DNA from: Mytilus edulis
Taxonomy: Eukaryota
NCBI RefSeq assembly: GCF_963676685.1
Contig: NC_092351.1
Coordinates: 41,416,001-41,480,000 of the forward strand
DNA length: 64,000 nucleotides
Direction of reading: 5' to 3'
Part shown: piece by piece, positions 1 through 12,323 of the stretch
Position numbering within the stretch: the stretch's first letter is position 1
Layout: the number at the start of each line of letters is the position of its first letter
Made by a program: the position numbers and the translations under genes
Notes under the pieces: generated by a model
Database searches by the model: none
What the model was told of the DNA's origin: nothing
Seen by the model: only the letters and a program-made list of their open reading frames with translations

Positions 1-500
1 TATTTTACAAGTATGCATTGTTGATATTTATATATAAATGATTCGGTAGATGTTTTGTCATTGCAGCACAATAACATTTAATTTTCTTGCGAGAAGAAAA
101 ATTAATAAACTTATGATTTAATAGAAAAGAAGAAAGCGGAACAACCATATATATGACATATATATCCTGTAGCAAATAATCGTCTATTTTGTAAAACTTA
201 AGTTTACCAATGTTCAAATCTGGTACATCGATTAGAAATCTAGAAATAAATCAAGATAATAAAAAAAAACAATTCAGGAAGGCGTCACATTTAACATTAT
301 AGAAAAAAAACTTTATTGTTCAGATTAACGTGACTGTACTTACAGAATTATTTGGTAGCATACCTTTTAGCAAACCTTCGTAAACTTACACGAATTGAGC
401 TCCAATACGAACCTACATAAGCTTACACCAATCATTTGCTCGCATTATTTACATCAGCTATGTTAATTCATGTTAAAATTGTTTTTATTTTATTTCACAG

Positions 501-754
501 ATACATCATCACAATGTGATAACTGTCGGCAGTATTTACCGCCAACTACTATCCAACAATTGGAGCACAACATTTGTATTCAAGACAAGACAGTACTCTC
601 TGCATTTAAAAGGAGAAAGAATTGTGCTGATGATTTCAGGGTATTATCCGTTAGATTGGGATGTATTGGAAGTGTTAACGTTGTCATTATCCTTATTGGG
701 ATTTTTATAATCATTCTAGATTTGTTACCAGAAGTGCCAAGACGGAATAGATAA
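501..754 (+). CDS. Terminal (juxtamembrane+TM) exon of FAMeT-TM family paralogue A; upstream exons outside the window
   Basis: Acceptor tttatttcacag ends at 500. Encodes ..DKTVLSAFKRRKNCADDFRVLSVRLGCIGSVNVVIILIGIFIIILDLLPEVPRRNR*, which aligns with the last exons at 7481-7740 and 21516-21787. AATAAA at 794-799. Confidence 0.75.
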
Positions 755-3700
755 AACAAAAACAAAACAGACAAAAATACAGATACCATGTCAAATAAAA
801 AAAAATTGATGGAAGGTTTAATTGTATAAAAAATAGGAAAAGAGTATAACGAGAATAAGTATTAAAAACGCAAGTGCTACTTTTTTATATTCAATTTCTT
901 TTAAATGATTATTTCGCTAAAGCGTTTGTTTACAATTTCAAAACTATTCTTAAAAGACCCTATACAATATAAATAGCGATGTTGGTCAAATAACTCATGT
1001 ACTGTTTTACATCATTGTCGAAAGAGTTTTACTTGTATGATGCAACTTTCCTAGAGGCTATTAAACAAAGCGAAAAAAATGTAATGGTAATCATATCTTC
1101 GTAAAAAGGGACAAAAATTATAAAGGGATATTCAAACTCATAAATCGAAGACAAACTGACAACAGCATGGCGAAAAACAAAAGATTAGTACAATCTACAT
1201 TCCACAACATAACAAACAAAAGACTGAGCAAACCGTGGGTGATCTCAGGTGAATAGAACCAACAGACCCTTCTACGCATGCGGCGCTGTTGGTGTTGCCC
1301 ATGTAAGTACACTTCCGGTGATAAGACTAATCTGGTGGTGTTACTTTCAATGAACAGAGAACAGGATTGGGTTTACAACTGTTTTAGAAAGTTTGATTAC
1401 GACATAGATGTGTAAATATTAATACAGAAATTAACCCATTTCAATCGAAAGCAGATTGTCAAAATTGTCAAATTTCATTGAAGTAAAATCCCAATTAAGT
1501 AACTGTCAGGAAAAAAAGGAAATAATCAATTATCATTTTCAAAATTGTCCATTTATAAAGAAACTAGGCTTTTGGAAGGATTTGGCTATATATTTTGTTT
1601 TAAATATTATGTTTGGTAATATAGATCTTTAATTGTTTCGGTTCTTATAAATACTTGGCCTTCGATTCTTTGGCATTAAGCGTCCCCGATTGAGATTGAT
1701 CTAGAAAAGCGCTTTGGACGCATAAAATGTATATAACGGACTGTTTTCATTTTATTTTTCGCGCGTCCGTCGCGCTTATCTTGATAAACACTCATCAGAA
1801 ACGACCAAACCAAAAACGATAAAAGCCAATAGTTTATGTATTATACTTGAGTACGTGATGAGATGTATGTCATAAAATGAATGGCCAACTACATAGTATG
1901 TCAACTTTGCGAGAGGAATTTGGAACTCTACTAACCTAAATATTTTTTAATCTATAAACGGATAGGTTATTGAGATAAGCGAAACTGTCAATATCACTTT
2001 ATTTTTGATATTATAATTCCATTGTAAATATGTGCGTCTACGTCGAAAAATAAGAAAACAAATGAATAATCAAGAAAACATAACTTCTTTTCGTTCGAAA
2101 ACTGTTTACTGTAGAAAATTAAACAGAAACTTAAAAACTCATGTCAAAGAATCAGATGAAATGTTAAAAGTAGCTTAAACGTTTGATAGGTTGACACATT
2201 TCAAATTTCATTTATTAACAAGGTATTCATGCATAACAGGAACCCAGTCCAAGAAGTTTGAACGACATCCTGCACTACATCAAATGAGATCTACTCATAA
2301 TACTAATATATACTGGGTTGTAATAGATTGATTGATTGATTGGTAATGAACGCCACGTTCAGCACTCCTGTGCTAAATCTTAGTGGTCAACTTTTATTAG
2401 TTTAGAAAGCTGGGGTGTTTGCCATGCGCAGGTTTGAAAAAAGAGGTTGAGAGGGTATTATATATGTATCAGTACATTTAATATTCTTATCCAATAAAAC
2501 ATGTTAGAAACAGAGAACAGATACCCAGGTGGCAAAAAGCATGTTTTGAAAGGCAGATATTCTTAAGAATAATATGCCGGAGTATGTAGGTGAACAAACA
2601 TTTTTTTGGGACTGTGAAATCTGAAGTAACTTAGATAGTTACATGCTTTTGTTGAAAAGTATTGTTGTTTGAAAAAACGGGCCGGGATTTATTTGAAATT
2701 TATGTTATCATAAAACTTCTTTAAAGTTATCAGTTTTATCCCAAACAGTATTCAGTATGCATAACGACAACAGAATACGAACAAACTATGCTCAGAAAGT
2801 TAACTGTAGAATAATTGACCAAATTTATTTATACTTTCAGGTATTTGATCATGGAACGTGATCAGCGTAATGATTTTGGACAGGCATGTAGAGAATCTGG
2901 CGGGGTTTAATATGTTTGTTAGTTTGATGCGTAAAGCAGCATATCTTCTAATGATACAAACATGGCATCATTCTGAAAATGCATTTTCTATTTCCTGCTG
3001 GACGTTTAGTGACACTAATTCAATCAACCAATCAACCAATCAGTTTTATTCTAGGGATACACATACACCATATAAGTCGATCCACACAAGCTTCTTCCCA
3101 TTCACAAAAGTCCAATAGAATCAGTACATGTATACCAATATCAATACAAATTTGTGGTGTCAAATTATCAGGAAATGTATAATAATTTATGTTCATTATG
3201 ATTTGAGATCCTTTTGAACACTTGTCCAAATATTTTACTATCTTTTTCGGATATTAACACTTTGTAATTTTTACCCTGTTTTATTCATTTATCTAATTAA
3301 GTTATAATAGATTATTTGCATACTTGATATTATCTTCTGATTGATTTTAATGTACACTATTGATTGATTTCTATACCACTTTGTACATGATGATTTGAAA
3401 TAAAGTTCAAATCAAATTACAGTTCCATCACTATGCTTTCTATTTCAATGTGGAAAATGAATTTCATTTTACATTGTGCAATATTTATAAAGGTTACTCA
3501 GGGTAAGTTATAATTTATACTTTCCACAATGCAGTATCAAGAGATTCTCGCTACATTGAAGACCCATTGGTTGCCTTCGGCTGTTGTTTGCTCTATGGTC
3601 GGTTGGTTGTCGCTTTGACATACTCACCATTTCCTTTCTCAATTTTATTGAGTTTTTTTGTAGTGTATTTCGTATAAAATTATTAGTGTAAGGCTCAAAT

Positions 3701-5682
3701 CTTTTTTAAAAGTCATCTCTTAAGAAAAACTGCATATGTTTATATTACTATTGGTGGCCTTGTGCTGTTTTCTGCTCTTTGGTCTGATTGTTTTCTCTTT
3801 TGCATATTCCCCGTTTCATTTCTCAATCTTGCATTGTACATACGTTATCCTTGTTTTCTCCATGTGTGCAGTGGTTTTAACCACCATATTGTCGTCCAAA
3901 AAGTACTATGTTTATATTGAGTCTTTGATGAATTCACTTTTTATAATTCTTTTATATATATTTAGTCTAATAATAAACAGTATTTTTGAACGATACATCT
4001 TGTCATTTAAATTATAACAGTGTCCTACATTTTTGTTAATTATAATTGTCAAAAGCGTTACTTCTAATGTTATTGCTGTTTAATGTTAGAAAAGTTAAAA
4101 TAAGATTGCGTAAGTGTCCCATATGTTAAAATGTTAAAAAAGTTAACCAAATAAAAGACCAAACTCCAAGGAAAATTCAAAACTGAAAGTCCCTTATCAA
4201 ATAGCCAAATCAAAAGCTTAAACACATGAGACGACTTGAAAGAAACAAATGTGACTTGGTGCAGGCATTTCTTCATGTTGAAAATGGTCGATAAACCTCT
4301 AACTTGTATGTCAGTCGCATAAAATTCCATTATATTGACAACAATGTTTGAGCAAAACAAATGATAAAAGCGAATAAATAACTCCGATAAGATTGTATTT
4401 TAGGATATAGAATTTTTTTTTAAATTTGATAATTCAACCATGTAAGTGCAAAAGACACTTTATTTTAAGTTTATTTTTTGCGACCGAAACATTTTTCTGG
4501 ATAAATCTACAGCAGGAATACTTAAATCTAAAAATTTGTCATGTATATATATGTAGAGACGTTTAGGGCTATATGACCAAAAGGGATCTAACACAATGCA
4601 AAATCCATGTAAAGTCAACGTTGCTAAAATGATGTTGAAACTATATTTGCATACAAAGGTATAGTCGAATATTGAAATTAAAGATATTTGGTTTTGATTT
4701 CAATAAGCCATGCATTCGGACTAATAATATGAATAAAGGCACGAATATTTGAAGAAATTGGTAATAGCTTGGGATTTTGTTTTTGTGTCGCTGAGGTATT
4801 AATGAATACCCTACGAGATCTACTTTAACAATTTGGCTGCGTAGTGCTTTTGTTGAAGACCATATATTGGCCATTGTATGTGATGCTTTGATGTGTCTGT
4901 TTTGCTCGTTTGTTTTGCGGGGCATCTATTAGAACTTTGTTTTTTCGAATACGTACACATTTTCTTTTATTTATATTTTCATAAATTGATGGAAAATGTC
5001 TACCACGCAATGCTAATTAATCGTCTCAAATATATTTCTTTTTATAATCTTCTTCTGTTATAGGTGTCATCTCTTGTAATATCCGTGATTTGTATTGCTA
5101 TTCCACAATTAGGTTATTATTGTCTCAATCCTATTGCATATTTAGACAATAAAATATGTCTAAACTAAAACAATTCGGCTAATTGTCGTCTTCCTTTTCG
5201 AACTTCCAAGTTCAACAAAAATTAACATAACTATGTGCATGTATAAATTCAATAAGTGCAGTTCACCAAAAGTGAATAAACCAAACCGCGATGGAAAGTT
5301 GAAAACAAATTGAAAAAGATTATTACCATCTAACCAAATATATCATATATATGTGCATAAATAGTCAATAAGAAAGTATGTTTCATATAGACTGATTAAA
5401 AATCTGGAATATGACCGGCAAAATATTAAAACTATATAAATCGCTATTATGCCAGAGCCTGTAAAATAAACCTAAGAGGCTATTTTGCCGGAGCCGGCAA
5501 AATAACCACTGCCTTTATTTTAAAACTGCAATGAGTTTTAATATATTCAGTAAATAATGTAACCGAGTTTTGTGACTAAATATTTGTATAATCTTATTGA
5601 TTTTGCCTTACACCTTAGTGTAATGAATTATATTAAAAAAAAAATGCATGGACATTGAATCTATAATTTGAATTTAATTTAG

Positions 5683-6165
5683 GTACCATGGTAGAAATAA
5701 TTCAGACGAAGGATCAAGGAAATGTACAATACACTACACCTGATATACTAAGCTACTATACTCCGTTGTCGCTTTACAGTGTTGATGTTTCGAACAGAAC
5801 ATACATACGGTTTCTTGTGAAAGCAAAAGAGTCAGCATTTGTGTCATTATGGTCCTCTTCTATTATATCCGACGCCATGTTTTATGAATTTGCTTTGGGA
5901 ACTGCAAGTACTGCAATTTCTCTTCGTCGAGACAAGAGTTTGGTATATTTTGAACATTTTTTGAGTGATAAATGGATGAGCGATACGGAATTCATGCCTT
6001 TTTGGATAAGTTGGGAAAATGGAGTTATCGAAATTGGAACCTCATCGGAACTTCACAACAACATCAGAAAAAGCTGGTCAGACCCAAATCCATTGAATGT
6101 TTCTTCTGCAGGAATAATGACAGGATGGGGACAGAATGGGGGTTGGATAATCTTTCCGTATACAG
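5683..6165 (+). CDS. FAMeT-like (Methyltransf_FA, PF12248-type) domain exon, paralogue B
   Basis: ag|GT ACC ATG acceptor, ACA G|gtagc donor, phase 1-1. Motifs FLVKAKESAFVSL, FYEFALG, EFMPFWISWENGVIEIG, WSDPNPLNVSSAGIMTGWGQNGGW are typical of this domain. First (signal peptide) exon not located. Confidence 0.85.
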
Positions 6166-7480
6166 GTAGCTTACAAATAACTGTTATGTATTTTTTAAGC
6201 ACATGTTTTGGATTTTTTTCTGATTTTTAGGGGTCATATTCCCTGACATCAAAGAACATCTTTGCTTAAAAAATTACAAAACTGTAATATAAACCGTTAC
6301 ATAAGCAAGTGTTTTTAAAATGGACCATAATGCATTGTATTTCACATTAATACTATTTCGAACATAATATGATTGCAAATAATTGTAAAAAGTGACCTTC
6401 CGAACTACCATGATTGTAATTGTATGGTGACACGTTATTCAATGTCAATGATATCATTCGTTTTCTAATGAAAGTGGTAGTACTATGCTTGTAGATCACT
6501 CATTTGGGTACCATCTAAATGCCTAAGGATTTGATACGGAGTTGGTTGAAGATATCTCAAGATATTTATAAATAGCTTTATAACTACAAGCCATAAGGCA
6601 ACACACTTTATGTTACACAGCTTTCTTACTATAATGGTAAATGCCACATAACGTTCGGATTACACAAAAAAAAAGCCTAAATGCATCGTGCTGCACATTT
6701 GACAGTGTGTGTTCCTAAATGTCAATAAAGGTGATAATTGGGATTTGTCAGGTCGGAGAGCATGGAATTTATAATACCAAATATTCATGACTGCATATAA
6801 TGTCTATTTTCATTTTTTGTCAAATATTATTTATATAAGGTTTTGAAAAAACTAAAGATTTTTTAACGACATTAATTTTGCTATTCCAATTTTTAACGCA
6901 TTGCTATTTTCTAGGTTAAGGTATTGGAATAGTTTAAATATTGTATTTTAACGTTTAATGTCTCAAAAGAAATCAAGTAATGAGTAATTAGGCAGCAATT
7001 ATCAGAAAAGTCGTGGTAGCAAGTTATTATTACGTATACTATCTGGACACTTTGGTTCAATTGAGCTAAATAGCACTACTCTGTGAAATGAAATAACAAA
7101 AATGTGAATGTTTCGAATAATTTGTATGTAGACTTTGTCACAACAGTAAATCTAATATCCACGAAAATACAATTTGTCCTTTCACCACAAAAATACAGTG
7201 TGTCCTTCATCCAAGAAAATACAAACTTCATTTTGTGAATGAATGACACATTAAATGTGTCATACATTCACGAAAATTCAATATGTCTTTCATCCTTGAA
7301 GTTATGGTGTGTCTTTCATTCACGAAAGTACAGTGTTTCCTTCATCCACGAATATAGAATCCACGAAAATAAGAGACTCCACAGTATTTTAATTAGATTT
7401 AAGCAATTTTTTTTTCTAATATATGATTTTCATTTTTTTTGTATTTTTTTTTTTTTTTTTGTATTTAATTTGTATTTTAG

Positions 7481-7740
7481 TCGAAGAAGCTAGTTCAAAA
7501 GTTTGTTCTAGTATGGAGTCCAAGAAGCCCAACATCAGTTTTGCAAAAACAAAAGCCGGACAGGTGAAAAAAGAATTAGAAATTAAAAAGGATAGTTTAT
7601 CTAGATTCAAAAGAAGAAAGATCAGTGTCAGCGATTCTCGTGGTTCATCAAAACACATCGGATACACAGCAGCTGTTGTACTCACTTTTGTAATGATTAG
7701 TATCTGTTCTTTAGATTGTTTCACTGTACGAAGAAAGTAG
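7481..7740 (+). CDS. Terminal juxtamembrane+TM exon, paralogue B
   Basis: Polypyrimidine tract and ttttag acceptor, in phase with the 6165 donor (G|TC=V). Encodes ..IKKDSLSRFKRRKISVSDSRGSSKHIGYTAAVVLTFVMISICSLDCFTVRRK*. Confidence 0.8.
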
Positions 7741-8210
7741 GAGCTGATTGACCATAGTGCTTTTTTTCATTACGATTGGTTTATGTTCTTTATATTGTTT
7801 CTCTGTATAACAAAAGTAAGAGGTGATAGTCGACATTGATTACATTCATAATGAATGGTATATGTCTTTAGATTGTTTCTCTGTACAAAGACAGTAAGAG
7901 TTTATTGTCGGTAGTGCTTACATAACATAATGATTGGTTTCTACTCTTTTGGTTGTAGAAAGTAAAAAGTAAAATCACCAAAATACTGAACTTAGAGGAA
8001 AATCAATTTGGAAAGTCCATAATCACATGGCAATTTCAAATAACAAAACGCATCAAAAACGAATGGACAAGATCTGTCATAAGAGTTTATTGTCGGTAGT
8101 GCTTACATTCATAACGATTAGTTTCTTCTCTCTTGATTGTTTTTTTGTACGAGGAACGTATATAAAAATGATTGCAATCTGTTCTTTGAATTGATTCTCT
8201 GTACGAGTTT
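7690..8210 (+). repeat. ~79-bp degenerate minisatellite derived from the end of the TM exon of paralogue B
   Basis: tttagattgtttc.ctgtac-like core recurs at about 7710, 7788, 7867, 7947, 8131 and 8185; interrupted by an interspersed repeat at about 7965-8080. Confidence 0.6.
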
Positions 8211-8292
8211 GTTGTCAATAACTCTAACGGTTAGCTGACAAATAACATTAAGTATCTCATTTAGTTTTAATAGTTAATTCTTAACACCTTTG

Positions 8293-8490
8293 CGAATAAA
8301 CTCATCATAGATACCAGGATGGATTTTTTTTTTTTATTTACGCTAGATGCGCGTTTCGTCTCCAAAAAACTCATCATTGACGCTTGAATCAAAAAATGTT
8401 AATAGGGCCAAATAAAGTACAAAGTTTACGAGCATTGAGGGCCAAAAATTTCTAAATGTTTTGCCAAATACTGACAGCTAAGGTAATCCA
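8293..8490 (-). mobile_element. Retrozyme-like repeat copy with mutated hammerhead core
   Basis: Minus strand 8340-8384 reads agcgtca-ATGATGA-gttttttggagac-GAAA-cgcgca-TC-tagcgt (C3 of the core mutated). Confidence 0.65.
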
Positions 8491-9143
8491 AATGTATCCA
8501 AATATAACAATAAAATTTTCTAGAAACCCGTATGAATGTTATAACAAAACAAAAATGCATGAACTGCAGGTAAAAAATCAAATACAGTCATTGGCATGTA
8601 TCTACTTGGCACAGACAAAACAACAAATGATGGTATGAATATGAAGTTAGAAAGATATGGTATAATGTCCGATGATTCGACCAGAGACTATGTGTCGTAG
8701 CAAAAAAGATATTCGTAGCCACTAGGTCATTCGACAATAAGCACAACCCATATCATAAAGTAATATAAAAAAGGTCCTAACATAACAAAATATAGAAACA
8801 ATCCAAAACATAAAATCAAAGTTTATTTAGAAAACAAAAACAGAAACATAAAAATAAGTTTGATAGACAGCAAACAACGACGACCCCTGAAATACAGAGT
8901 CCTGACGTTAGACAGGCACATAAGTAATAAATGTGTTGGAATTTAACCAGTTTTGGGACACTTCATCCTTCCCTAACCTGAGAAAATTGTGAAGGAACAA
9001 CATAAGAATAAGCTCCTGTTTTCCATGTTTAACTTGTAGATTAACCTCTCGATCGGCGGAATAACAAAATGAATGAAGTCATATATGATAAAACTTGAAT
9101 AAAACTATATAGTGGGGATTTAAAGATAACCAAAACATAATTC

Positions 9144-9640
9144 TAATAAACTCATCATAGATACCAGGATTAAAATTTTGTATTTGGGCCAGACGCGCAT
9201 TTCGTCTACAAAAGATTCATCAGTGACGCTTGAATATAAAAAGACCAAATAAAGTACGAAGTTGCAGAGCATTGAGGACGAGAAAAACTCATAAAAGTTT
9301 TGTCAAATACAGCTACGGTAAGCTATTCCTGAGTAGTAAAAGCCTTAGTATTTCAAAGATTAAAAGTTTTGTAAACAGTTCATTTTCATGTCAACACAGA
9401 AGAGCTTGACTACTTGGTTGGTGATATCTTCAACAAAAGGAGAAAAGGAACTATACAAACATTCTTAGTTATCAAATAAACAACTACCCCAACTCCCAAA
9501 TCCCAGTAACTGAAAGAAGAAATTCTGGTAAAAAAAGACTTGATAACTGTGCCAGAAAAAGGGTAAATAGTTATCAAAGGTACCAGGATTTTAATTTAAT
9601 ACGCCAGACGCGCGTTTCGTCTACATAAGACTCATGAGTA
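9144..9640 (-). mobile_element. Two adjacent retrozyme-like copies (hammerhead motifs about 410 nt apart)
   Basis: Shared ataccaggatt...acgccagacgcgcgtttcgtctac.(a)aagactcatcagtgacgct block at about 9160-9230 and 9580-9640. Confidence 0.7.
9187..9230 (-). ncRNA. Type I minimal hammerhead ribozyme motif (best-preserved copy)
   Basis: Minus strand: AGCGUCA CUGAUGA AUCU UUUGU AGAC GAAA UGCGCG UC UGGCCC. Both core boxes are intact, but stem II opens with an A-C mismatch and stem I is partly eroded. Confidence 0.7.
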
Positions 9641-9824
9641 AGATGGACCTTCACTTGACACTATCTGTATCAAGGTTGTTTCATCTTGAAATTTTTAGCA
9701 CATACAATAATCTAAATGTAAAATGAACACATTGATTTCTAATCCCTTCAAAGAGTCTGAGGCTATATCCTCTCTGATGTTAACAAAACGATGAATCGTA
9801 AGAAGACTAACGATTATCCAATAC

Positions 9825-9995
9825 CAGGAATGAGGTACCTTAGATGTACTAAGCAAAACCTATCAGAATTTTCGGTCATAAATGCTCGTCAATTTCCCAT
9901 TTTATTTTGCTTTTGATATTTTATATTTTGAGTCTCACGAATGGGTCTTTCATAGACGAAACTTGCGTAAGGCGTACATAATGTTAACCCTGGTA
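9825..9995 (+). mobile_element. Degenerate retrozyme-like copy, opposite orientation
   Basis: ..agtctcacgaatgggtctttcatagacgaaacttgcgtaaggcgtac..cctggta; core degraded. Confidence 0.5.
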
Positions 9996-10526
9996 ATTGT
10001 TATAAGGTTTTTTTTAAATACATGATGGTCTTGGTCACATGACTTTTGACGTGTGCATCTAACTTTCCAATTTATGGGTTGTTCTGATATTGGTGAGTTT
10101 ATATTAAACACTATATACAATATCGCTATTAAGTCCCATCAAAGAAACCTCGTCACGTTGACAACTTCTTGTGTGTGTCGAGTGTTGCAAAAACAAAGGT
10201 CATCGGAGACGAGCTGCGGTCCGACAAAGTTAAAACTTTAAAAATAGGATATAATCTTCTTTTTATGCATAAATCAAAATCATAAAAAATGCCTTGATTG
10301 ATCTATTTACGATGATTAAATATGTGTTTTTGCTGCTGATATTTATGCAGAATACATTGTTTTAAAAGGGCACCAGATAGATTCAACAAAACGTTTGTTT
10401 AATTCTGGATTGGATTAGATGATAAGAGACTGTATTTTTTGTAAGATTGCATGCTACTGATATATACTTTGCAATTAAACAAGGCTGAGACACTAACCCA
10501 TGGGATACTAAACCTGTACAAACGAA

Positions 10527-11305
10527 ACTAGAGGCTCTAAAGAGCCTGTGTCGTTCACCTTGGTCTATGTGCATATTAAACAAAGGACACAGATGGATTC
10601 ATGACAAAATTGTGTTTTTGTGATGGTGATGTGTTTGTAGATCTTACTTTTACTGAACATGCTTGCTACTTACAATTGTCTCTATCTGTATAGACTTGGC
10701 CCTTAAGATACAGAGGAAAATATTTTGTAAAAATTTACAAAAATTTACCAAATAAATGAAAATTGTTAAAAAATTACTATAATGGGCAATAACTCCTTAA
10801 GGGGTCAACTGACCGTTTTGGTCATGTTAATTTATTTGTAAATCTTACTTTGCTGAACATTATTGCTGTTTGCAGTTTATCTCTATCTATAATAGTATTC
10901 AAGATAATAACCAAAAACAGCAAAATTTCCTGAAAATTACCAATTTAGGGGCAGCAACCCAACAACGGGTTCTCTGGTTCATCTGAAAATTTGAGGGCAG
11001 ATAGATCTTAACCTGATGAACAATTTACCCCCCGTGTCAGATTTGCTCTAAATGCTTTGGTTTCAGAGTTATAAGCTAAAATCTACATTTTACCCCTATG
11101 TTCTATTTCTAGCCATGGCGGCCATCTTTGTTGGTTGACCGAGTCACCCCAATGATGATTGTGGCCAAGTTTGGTTAAATTTGGCCCAATAGTTTCAGAG
11201 GAGAAGATTTTTGTAAAAGTTAACGACGACGATGACGGACGACGGACGCCGGACGCTGGACGAGGGACGCCAAAAGATGAGAAAGGTGAGCCAGGTGAAC
11301 TTAAA
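10527..11305 (+). mobile_element. Non-autonomous Helentron/HINE (Pearl-like) element
   Basis: 5' hairpin aggctctaaagagcct with gttcacc subterminal motif; internal ~170-bp repeats; (GACG)-type microsatellite at 11224-11270; 3' ggtgagccaggtgaac. Confidence 0.65.
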
Positions 11306-11609
11306 ATATGAATAAACCTAACTCAATATGGTCTCCTTAGTTTCAGCTTTATCCTAAAGATGACATTGCTATGTATTAGGGTTGTGTATATAAATGTCTA
11401 AGTAAACATACTACTGGGTTAGTATTGAATCACATGGTAAAAGATGGTGTCTATCAAATAACTTTAAAATACAATCTGTACAAACTATTTTCGCTAGAGT
11501 AGAAAATTACACCTTTTACACAACGTATATGAATATGAAGCAGCTGTAACAAAAAAAAACTTGTACGATTTGCTATATTTTTTCCTCATACTGCATACAT
11601 GTAAAAGTC

Positions 11610-11801
11610 ATTTCCTGGTAGGATGTTCTTGGTCAACAATCGGTGGTTTACGTGGCAGTTCAATAATATACTCCTGATTGCGCTTGTTCTTGTAATTAAG
11701 TCGGTTGAGCTCCAAACCTGAAGACAGCTCTGTTCAGTTAATCTCTCTTTCTTGTACGAAACATCATTCTAAATTCCATTTTAATTCTGGTTGAAAATAT
11801 A
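11610..11801 (-). pseudogene. Decayed SARAH-coding last exon of the SAV1-like gene (now probably 3' UTR)
   Basis: ttttgcag acceptor at 11802-11804. SARAH-like fragments FQPELKW / MMFR / YKKE / LELNRL are spread over different frames with stops. Confidence 0.5.
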
Positions 11802-11847
11802 CTGCAAAAACAAATATTTTGTGAGTTAAATATGAACATTATAATGT

Positions 11848-11990
11848 AATAGTTATCAAAGGTACCAGGCTTATAATTTCATACGCCAGACGCGCGTTTC
11901 GTCCACATAAGATTCATAAGTGACGCTCATTTCAAAATATTTAGAGAGTCAAACAAGTACAAAGTTGAAAAGCATTTAGGACCCAAAATC
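11848..11990 (-). mobile_element. Retrozyme-like copy with mutated hammerhead (G5>U)
   Basis: Minus strand 11883-11927: agcgtca-CTTATGA-atcttatgtggac-GAAA-cgcgcg-TC-tggcgt. Confidence 0.65.
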
Positions 11991-12258
11991 TCAAAAAAAA
12001 TGTGTCAATTCAAATACGTATAATTTTTAACCCGGAAAAATAAATCATGACAGTCATAAGCTCTAAGCGAGCATTACAGCCAATGGTTTTAATCAAAAGT
12101 TTATTGTTTTTCTTGGACGGCAGTTAAAAAAAACTCTGTTAAATTCAATAAATTAAAAACCTTGCTATTTACATGAATTCTTACGCTAAAGAAATATTTT
12201 TTTAAGTTGAAATGATTTTGGATTTTTACTACAGGCACATAGTATGTACATACCTTTA

Positions 12259-12323
12259 TCATTTCACCATATGATTACATTGATGTCTGTCTTTTAAGTA
12301 AGCGTGCAACCAGTAAGGCATTG
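12259..12323 (-). CDS. SAV1: SAV1-like exon 4 (ends in TGA at the conserved Trp)
   Basis: ttttcacag acceptor, phase 1. AMPYWLHAYLKDRHQCNHMVK* aligns without gaps to SAV1 EIPDWLQVYARAPVKYDHILKW (recalled). TGA then TAA, then donor gtatgt after 12254. Confidence 0.75.

Noticed and set aside
2841-5070. Candidate first exons for paralogue B (about 2841, 4750-4795, 5010-5063)
   Set aside because: None gives ATG, a hydrophobic leader and a phase-1 GT donor together.
5683-6165. Calling these genes true farnesoic acid O-methyltransferases
   Set aside because: No SAM-binding motif; the signal peptide and TM architecture argue against a cytosolic enzyme.
11610-11801. Frame VYFQPELKWNLE*CFVQEREIN*TEL..TRK* with two in-frame TGAs, read as selenocysteine or readthrough
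   Set aside because: Better explained as a frameshifted SARAH exon. It would require skipping exon 4, and I saw no SECIS.
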